Assembly: GCA_000934665.2 (NCBI GenBank)
Contig: KZ538236.1
Coordinates: 1-64,000, forward strand
DNA: 64,000 bases
Direction: 5' to 3'
Source of the DNA: Catajapyx aquilonaris
Taxonomy: Eukaryota
The notes beneath the pieces are model-generated. The model saw nothing but the letters and a program-made list of their open reading frames with translations, did no database searches and was not told where the DNA came from. The position numbers were made by a program, and so were the translations under genes. Shown one piece after another: positions 51,701-64,000 of the stretch; within the stretch, counting starts at the first letter, position 1, and each line of letters begins with the position of its first letter.

Positions 51701-52542
51701 GCGTACTACCTGGGCACATGCCGTTCGGTCCGTACATTCCAGCATGTTCTAATGTTCTGTCCAGTGCACTGGGAATGTTCCAACGTTCCATCCCACGCAT
51801 GTTCCAACAGTACACTTGCAACGTTCCATTGCGCCTAACCGCACTGTTCCATTGCGGATTGCGCTTAACCCTGCTGCTCCAAATGCACCACACTACATGA
51901 AGTTGGCCCACCTCACAAAATTTTTGGAACAGGAGGGGCTAGGCCTAGCCACTAAATACGATCTCCCCTTTTTCCCCCCCAAAAAAGTAGTAGGGCGTGG
52001 GGTTCCCCCTCCCGTGTTCTGAAAACTTACCTTGCTGTTCATCCTTGTCTTCCTCCTCGTCCTGGAAGTAGTACACATCTGGAACACAGGTCTTTGTTGA
52101 CTCTTTTTGCATCCGATCTTCCTCCAGCATAGTCAAAAGGAGTTACGAAGGGGGGGGCAGGCAGGCAGGGGGGACAGCCGCGCGATGTTCTCTCTCTGCT
52201 CTCCCCTCCTCTCTCTCTCTCTCTCTCTCCCTCCTCTACAAAAGCTGCTTCCCCCTCCCCCCTCCCTGCGCCGCCACCCCCCTTCTCCCTCCCTCCCTTC
52301 CCCCCTCTCCCCCGTGCCACCGCCCCGGGGCCCAACAACCCCCCCCCCCCTTTCGGAACCCCCCAGGGGCCGCCCCCCACCGTCTACCTTTTCCGCCCTC
52401 CCCCTAGCTGGGAAGGCCCTCTTCCCCTGGCCCACGACGAAGCCCTTTTCCTTCCCCGCGCCCAACAAAGGGAGAGCCAGAGAAGCGGGGGCCCCCAGCC
52501 CCGCACGGTTCATTCACATTTGCGCCGATACTCACCCGCCAT
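18785..52542 (-). CDS. PPP4R1: Serine/threonine-protein phosphatase 4 regulatory subunit 1 (HEAT repeats), ~795 aa
   Basis: Exons in transcription order: 52542-52536 (ATGGCGG|gtgagt), 52078-52031, 42022-41812 (acceptor uncertain, possibly 42148), 23750-23644, 22950-22802, 22419-22273, 20638-20468, 20393-19106 and 19044-18785. Phases are consistent. The protein matches recalled PP4R1 segments LEKYAVSANVFNRQMVARS, EPLVRAELMEQVPH, DDNNQVRKTAQAALLVLLEQ, VRKVCAAN.GD.C, SRWVRIAAF..LGPFI.TFA and DMQWKVRRTLA.SIHELA.ILG. Confidence 0.93.
21116..21189 (-). ncRNA. mir-2: pre-miRNA mir-2 (last in cluster)
   Basis: The reverse complement of 21122-21144 is UAUCACAGCCAGCUUUGAUGAGC. The complementary arm is GCUCGUCAAGGUGGCUCUGAUG. 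Confidence 0.95.
21281..21358 (-). ncRNA. mir-2: pre-miRNA mir-2
   Basis: The reverse complement of 21290-21312 is UAUCACAGCCAGCUUUGAUGAGC. The complementary arm is GCUCACAAAGUGGCUGUCGUAUG. Confidence 0.95.
21423..21506 (-). ncRNA. mir-13b: pre-miRNA mir-13b
   Basis: The reverse complement of 21434-21456 is UAUCACAGCCAUUUUUGACGAGU. The complementary arm is CCCGUCAAAGUGGCUGCGGUG, and the basal stem is CCCGAGG/CCUCGGG. Confidence 0.93.
21829..21902 (-). ncRNA. pre-miRNA of the miR-2 family, mir-13a-like variant
   Basis: The reverse complement of 21835-21856 is UAUCACAGCCACCUUGAUGAGC, which carries the miR-2 seed AUCACAG. The complementary arm (GCGUCAAAGUGGCUGAGAUG) lies at 21875-21894. It occupies the mir-13a position in the cluster. 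Confidence 0.9.
21955..22027 (-). ncRNA. mir-2: pre-miRNA mir-2 (copy next to mir-71)
   Basis: The reverse complement of 21961-21983 is UAUCACAGCCAGCUUUGAUGAGC. It pairs with the 5' arm GCUUUGGCAUCAAAUCUGGUUUGUCAUAG. Confidence 0.95.
22098..22168 (-). ncRNA. mir-71: pre-miRNA mir-71
   Basis: The reverse complement of 22141-22163 is UGAAAGACAUGGGUAGUGAGAUG (miR-71-5p). The reverse complement of 22103-22124 is UCUCACUACCUUGUCUUUCACG (3p arm). The two arms form a near-perfect stem. Confidence 0.96.
31969..31978. other. Assembly gap
   Basis: 10 N following a G homopolymer. Confidence 1.
32031..32330 (+). mobile_element. Dispersed repeat family A, copy 1 (unclassified non-autonomous element)
   Basis: Shares GAGGGTGGGACCCAC, TCATCACCAACGTGCATGTAG, GAGTGGCAGTAGTGTGCAGAG and GAGCCTATGCGCCAACTGGTAGTGGCCTAT with 45670-46000. 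Fragments also occur at ~14078-14215 and ~47690-47730. Confidence 0.7.
34173..34271. repeat. Inverted repeat / ~100-nt hairpin
   Basis: Arms 34173-34216 and 34230-34271 are complementary apart from a 2-nt indel in the A-run and 1 mismatch. The loop is 13 nt. Confidence 0.85.
45670..46000 (+). mobile_element. Dispersed repeat family A, copy 2
   Basis: Colinear identity blocks with 32031-32330. Confidence 0.7.
48367..48379. other. Assembly gap
   Basis: 13 N following a C homopolymer. Confidence 1.
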
Positions 52543-53164
52543 GTTGTAGCAAACATTGCGTATTTATAGTACGCTGCCCATTGGACGGGCAAAAAGAGTG
52601 GCAAACAGCCCCTCGCTCCCCATTGGTCCCACTCCGACCCGGTCCGTTCGCTTTAGACGGCACACCACGCATGGGCCCCCCCCCTTTTTCGATCCACCCC
52701 ATCCACAGCACAACTATAATACACCCCCCCTCCACCCACCAACCAGGGCCCCGTCCACCACCCCTGCCCAAAAAAATTGTGTTCGAATTTTTTTTGGAGG
52801 GGGTGCTCACCATTTTTTGGAACGTTTTTTCCGTCCGCCATTTTTCCACTCGGCGGAACTAGAAAGAAGTAGTGGAAAAAAAAAGAGTGGGAGGTTCCCT
52901 CTACCCCCCCTACCCTCTCTCCCCCCCTCCTGACGCCCAAGCTTCCCTTTGTTACAATTTTACAAAAAATATATTGTTATTAATAACGATCGGGTGTTAA
53001 TTCGAGACTGGTTAATTAGTTGCGGATTACGGCCAAGCAACAAATGGTTATTTGTTGGGCACGTTCGGAAGTCTGCGGCTGGCAACAATGCTCGGTTCGA
53101 AGAAAAAAAGGGGGGCGGCAAAATTCGAAACGGCTAGTTAGTAGCAGCGGATCACGTTCTTCTT

Positions 53165-53672
53165 GTTTCCATGGTTTCGTTTTTGTTTGTTTTTGCTGGT
53201 CATGATGAGCGGTTGCCATGGAATAGACCAAACTCTTGCTGGACAAAACAAACCAACAAACTTTGCCTTATTTATACATAGAGATTTCCATCGTCGTTTT
53301 TTCTTGGAATTTAGTTTGCTTTTTGGCTGCGATGGTTAGCCGTTGCCATGACAACCCTGTTGCCATGGAGGCCAAACAAAGCAACAGACTTCTGCCTTTA
53401 ATATACAATAAATTTCCATGGTTTTCTTTGGAGGGGAGTTTGTGTTTGTTTTTGGCTGCCATGCCATGGTGAACCGTTGCCATGAAAGTCGAACTTGCTG
53501 GACAAACAAACCAACAAATTTTGCCTTTTATATACAGATTTCCATGGGGAGGAGGACACAATAAGTTGGTTCGTTTGTGACTGCGATGGTGAGCCTGTGC
53601 CATGAAAACCCCCGTTGCCATGGAAATCGAACTTGCTGGACAAACAAACCAACAAACTTCTCTGCCTTTTAT
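53165..53672. repeat. Degenerate tandem repeat (~4 units of ~130 bp) carrying RFX X-box-like motifs
   Basis: The recurring unit is GTTGCCATG...CTTGCTGGACAAACAAACCAACAAA...TGCCTT..ATA. GTTGCCATG occurs at 53212, 53342, 53359, 53476 and 53614. Confidence 0.75.
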
Positions 53673-54925
53673 ACATGCGGGATGAGAAAACTGGGCCTTG
53701 TGTTTCAGACCTGGACGTGCCAACATAGTTTCCAACAGGACAATCTGCACTGCCCCAACAATGGAGCACAATGAGCTATTGTTAATTAAGAGCGACGATT
53801 AATAACAAGTCCCATTCGTATACTGCGCTTAGTGACCAGGCATGGGAATGCCTTGCTGATGATATCCATTGTTGTGTGACTGTTGACATTGTTGCATTTC
53901 TTTGCCTAATGGCAGAAGTACGTTAGCAGGAGTTTAATTGGTTAAATTGGATGGAAGGTACGGATACGTACACACATCATTACAGACGTGTACCGTTGAT
54001 CTGGCAAGTTGCTGCACTTTTTGCACTAGTTTTCTGCGATTGCACCACCCAGTGCAGGCAGTGCATGTAAACGCTGGGAGTCGGGTAATGATCGTGCATA
54101 CACGACTTTTTATTCTGTGGCGTACGCTCTGCACATACTGATGAGAGTAATATTGCGTATTAAATGAGATAATATTCACTCTGGCTTTTTTTATTATTAT
54201 TATTATTCCCCATGTTTGTTAGGAGCTAAAAGAAACGTAAAACCCTCTTTGGCTCAAAATAAAATATAGGTTAATTAATTAAAAAATAATATGGCAAATA
54301 GACGTAAGGATACAGGAGAAAAAACCATTTGATTCTTGCATATATAACTACTGCATGTTTGCAAATAATGCATCTTTTTTCTTACTGGCATGGAAGTGAA
54401 CGTCTTGATTCTTATTTTTTTCTTCTTCTGAAACTTCTAGGAATCACGTAACCAACAACAACGTATTGCAAGAGCAACAATTTCTTCTCTTCCACCAACT
54501 TTGAAGGCCACTCTTTGCTTCCACTTCTCTATTATTCTTTTCTTTTCAAAATGACCAGGTACCTATGTACAGTCCTCCCTAAAATGTAATATATACTTTG
54601 CATCGAAGAAAATAAATATTTTGTCTGCACCTCTCAAAAAAAAAAGCGACACGCACGATAAAGTCTGACAACGGACGCACTTTAAATATTAAAATAGCGT
54701 CGCATTGATAAAGAAAGTGGCAATGGCGTTTGAAGAGACGAAAATTAAACCTGATTAAGATTCATCTATCCTTTTTTTTCGTTTTTGAAAAAGGCATTTT
54801 TTCTTTTTTTGTAGTAGGAAAAGCCATATGTTGATATCTGGAGAAAAAGTTTTTCTGTTGCCGGAGCTGTTTCTTCCTCGCGTTGGTGAAGCTCCGATGA
54901 AATGTAATAATAAATCAAATGAGCG

Positions 54926-60421
<5,496 letters not shown>

Positions 60422-60716
60422 TGTTGCTGGACTCACAATAACCGTTGGGCCTGGGGGCGTAAGAGGCAGCAGCAGCAGCAGTGTCGGACTGGAAGCCATC
60501 CCGACAGTGTCCCTTCCAGGATGAAGCGCACTTCCATCTGTCGACGTGTGTGCATCCAACCTAACTCAACACCGCCATCGTTGCCGCTCTGCCTATCTTA
60601 TCAAGCTTCCTTGGGATTAGCCGTAGTCATGCATCCTTCACCAACTGTCCGGTTGTCACCTAACCACACATTATAAACAAGAGGGAAGTCGCTGTGAAAA
60701 TAATTACATGTAAAAT

Positions 60717-61275
60717 GGAATTCGAATGAACTGACTTGAATTCGGCCGAATTCGAACACTCCGACTTTAATTCGAACGAAATTGGAACTGGCTTGAATTC
60801 GAACCAATTCCATTCACTTGCATTCGAACGAATTCGAACACTCTGACTTGAATTCGAACGAATTCGAACAACATTGGAACTCATTTGAATTCGGCAGAAT
60901 TCGAACGCTGACTTGAATTCGAACACATTCCATTCATTTACATTCGAACGAATTCGAACAAAATTGAATTCGGACGAATTCCATTCCCTTGCATTCGAAC
61001 GGAATTCGAACACTGACTTACATTCGAACGAATTCGAACAAATTTGGAGCTGACTTGAATTCGAACAAAATTGGAACTGATTTGAGTTCGGACGAATTCT
61101 AACACTGCCTCGAACACTCTGACTTGAATTCGAACGAAATTGAATTCAGGCGAATTCCATTCACTTTCATTCGAACGAATTCGAACAAAATTGGAACTGA
61201 TTTGAATTCGGACGAACACTGATGATGACTTGAGTTCGAACACATTCCATTGACTTCGGATTCGAATGTGGAACT
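60717..61275. repeat. Degenerate satellite-like array built from GAATTCGAAC / TTCGAA cores
   Basis: Dozens of TTCGAA and GAATTC palindromic cores with recurring units such as CTGACTTGAATTCGAAC and CATTCGAACGAATTCGAACA. Confidence 0.85.
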
Positions 61276-61682
61276 GACCTTTTTGTTCCTGTTGTTTCCT
61301 GATGCGTTGCCCTTTCACCCAGGGGCGGCCCCTGGTGTTGTCCCCTCTCTATTCTGGCTCTATTCGCTCTATGAAATCATAGATTCCTCAAGCACGCGGC
61401 CTTCACCTGCCGAATGGAACAGTAAGAAGGAAATAAAAAAAGAAAAAGAAATGCACGCCGTCGACGCCTGAAAATCGAACGGATCGAAAACCAACCATGT
61501 CCTTTCAACACGCCGTAGACGCCGGAAAACCCTCAATTTGCGTTCGAACTTGTTTAAAACAACGGTGATGCTAATTTAGCTTAATTAAAATTAGCAACAC
61601 GTTTTAATTTAGGTCTGGCTCAAATTTAGAGGCTAGCTGGAGTTTAAATTTTTTGTTCTGTTCTGGAAAAGTAGGTCAAGGT

Positions 61683-61712
61683 TGTGACGTCACACTTAAG
61701 GCGCCATTTACG
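61683..61712. promoter_or_regulatory. CRE palindrome with adjacent YY1/Pho-like motif in the divergent RSPRY1 / PDZ-gene intergenic region
   Basis: TGTGACGTCACA is a 12-bp palindrome containing TGACGTCA; GCGCCATTT follows it. The site lies between head-to-head start codons 1.8 kb apart. Confidence 0.45.
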
Positions 61713-62241
61713 ACTTGTTTTTTTTGCCCACTTAAAAAGACACTTGAATTGTTAACAAAATTAACCCTGCAATTAACTAAATTTGTGATTAAACATTAGC
61801 TGGATTGTTCAGGCAATAACGAGCACCAATTATAATGCCATAAGTTAATTAAAAATTGACATATATTTGCACACCGCGTAATTATTGACTAATTAGTCAT
61901 TTTACATGTGGATTAAATGTCTTCCCGTGTTAATTAAGCAATTAGCGACGGTCATCTTCTTGCAATAAGACCAACACGTGCGTGTAGCCGTGTACGTCCA
62001 AATTACGTGCATTGGGGCGCAGACGCCGACATGACTGGGCGTCGGGAGGCGTCGTTTTTGTGTGTAGTGGACGCCCCCGGCGGGTCGATATATGGCTGGA
62101 GTATTGTCGTCGCGTCGGCGGCGTCGTTAGGCGTCGACGTGATGGGGTTGTTGGAGGGTCTGCAGGACAACACAACAGGCGTCGGTTAAATAGGGGATTT
62201 AAAAAAAGATGCACGTGTGCGTGGGTGTCAACTCGCCCAAA

Positions 62242-63997
62242 ATGGGGAAGAAGACGACGCCCGGCGTCCCCAGCGTCGCCTCATCCTCCAACAACAGAAG
62301 GCGGCAACAGCAGGACACGACGGCACCTTCCACTTCATCAGCACCCACCGCCGCATCGTCATCATCAATAGTCGACAGCGAGCTGGAGTTGTCGCAGGTA
62401 ATTGCTGCAATTGAAACGCAGCATCGCTTTGTAATCCAAACCGGTAATTGTCATAGTCGCAGATACTTGAGCGTGTCAAGCCAGACCGGATCATCGTAAC
62501 GCAACCGGAGGAGGACCGCAGGAGGAGGACAATCATTGTTGAGAAACGAGGCGGATCGTTTGGCTTCACACTTCAGGTATTGATTAATTGATTTCATGAC
62601 AAATGGGGAAAAATAATACATATTTCCTACGCAGAGTTATGGAATTCACTACAGAAGAGAGCAGGAAATTGAAGTCATTACGTACGTCGACTATGTGGAG
62701 TACGACGGTCCAGCGTTCAGAGCTGGGATGCGAGAAGGTACATACAACGCTGCTAATAACTGTAACCTGGTAATTAACCCAAACGTACCGACTCAGGCGA
62801 TGTGATCCTGTCGATTAACGGCAACGATATGGAAAAGGCGGACCATAAGACGCTGGTGGCCTTCATCAAGAACTGCGACTCACGCATGCGGATGGTGGTG
62901 CTGTTTGAGGATTGCGTGCGGAAAGTGGGTCTGCACGTCAAGTACATCCAGCTGCAACGGGCACTTCAGGACAAGATGACGGAGCTGGAGACACTCTGCG
63001 ATAAGGAGCGTGAACTTATTACTGGTTAGTATCATTCGTTATGCACACAGGACATGTGATCATACTTTCGTACGTAGCGTGGCGTGCAAAGGGCTACTTG
63101 ATCCCGCCTGGTGGGAGTCCTCTCCGGCCGTTCCTTCAGCTTCCGCCGCCTCCACGCTTCCTGATGAGTGCCGCATTGCCCGCAAGCCAAAGCAGCCTCC
63201 GGTCGTACCCTTCAGGCGAGATGAGCTGCGATGACGACTCGTCTTCCATTAGCGGCTGGGATCGCCAGCACCAGATGGCCAGCCGGGGCCACCTCACCGA
63301 GCCAGAGGAGGACACCTACCACCAGGACTCCAAGAAGAAGACGGTGGGTCGCGCCTCAGTCGCAAAATCCGGATCGGCCAAAGCACCGGTGAAGCCAAAG
63401 AGTTGGGACAACCTGATTACAAAGTCATACGGCGGCTACGGGTTTGGGTACGGCTACCTAGAACTGACCAGTAGGGCCAAAAATGCGGCTAGGGGACCAC
63501 CGACGCGAACAGCAAGTTACAAGTATCCTGCTGATGTATCGAGGTGAGCCGACAGCTTAACCGATTGTCATGCGGCTTATACGTTGCCATGTTTCAGAGC
63601 ATCCCGAGGCAGCAGTAGAGGATACGGCTCCCGACCACAGCCAAAATCAACCGAGAGCCTTCTGTCGCAGAAGTATTCAGACAGCACCTTGTCCGATTCA
63701 AGCTTGAGTTGCGAGTGCCTGGATTCCGCTGCGGCTGCGGCTGCGACCCAAGCGGCGCCACCAGAGGAGAAGCGTCTCTTCGGCCTGAAGAAGTCGATGG
63801 ACAACCTTCTGGCTTGCACCAAGCAATGCACGCAACCTGGCGGCCTGCTGAGAGGAGGCGGTGCGTCCAGCCACGACTCACTGGTTGGTCGCAGGCAGAG
63901 GCAAAAGGACAAGCAGAACGAGAAGGGGAAGCAGCACAGATCTAGAAATGCGTCCAGAGAGGACGTGGCCGACAACAACGAGATGACCAAACTGTAA
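62242..63997 (+). CDS. PDZ plus coiled-coil scaffold of the tamalin (GRASP)/CYTIP family, ~488 aa
   Basis: Exons 62242-62397, 62463-62576, 62635-62737, 62797-63024, 63078-63543 and 63598-63997 are phase-consistent; an in-frame ATG also exists at 62209. The PDZ domain reads SFGFTLQSYGIH...[22 protein letters not shown]. It is followed by the family coiled coil [26 protein letters not shown]. Confidence 0.85.
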
Positions 63998-64000
63998 CAA

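Noticed and set aside
52107..52862. 251-aa Pro-rich ORF, and similar Pro/Gly-rich ORFs throughout 23-35 kb
   Set aside because: Low-complexity C/G tracts lack stops by composition. There is no domain signal, and they lie antisense to or within PPP4R1 introns or promoter.
60601..61318. ORFs with FVRIRSN repeats
   Set aside because: These are translations of the TTCGAA satellite.

Overview
This is intron-rich eukaryotic DNA from an arthropod, most likely a hexapod or other pancrustacean (inferred from the calpain-C and miR-13 type sequences). Exons are GC-rich, many introns are only 50-65 nt, and there are two small N gaps. I assembled six spliced genes by hand, each with phase-consistent splice sites: (1) a GT31 beta-1,3-glycosyltransferase (+, 4740-8580); (2) a degenerate class-A GPCR lacking D2.50, DRY and NPxxY (+, 12107-13966); (3) calpain-C, a pseudo-protease with one GC-AG intron and one U12-type intron (+, 15810-18319); (4) PPP4R1 (-, 18785-52542); (5) RSPRY1 (-, 54926-60421); (6) a tamalin/GRASP/CYTIP-like PDZ scaffold (+, 62242-63997). 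The strongest signal absent from the ORF track is a six-hairpin microRNA polycistron (mir-71, mir-2, mir-13a-like, mir-13b, mir-2, mir-2) in a PPP4R1 intron, which is a known protostome arrangement. Other structures are a 212-bp loop-less palindromic MITE, a hAT-type MITE with an 8-bp TSD, a ~100-nt intronic hairpin, an RFX X-box-like tandem array upstream of PPP4R1, a TTCGAA satellite and several dispersed repeat families. All calls come from visual reading and recalled family motifs; no searches were run.
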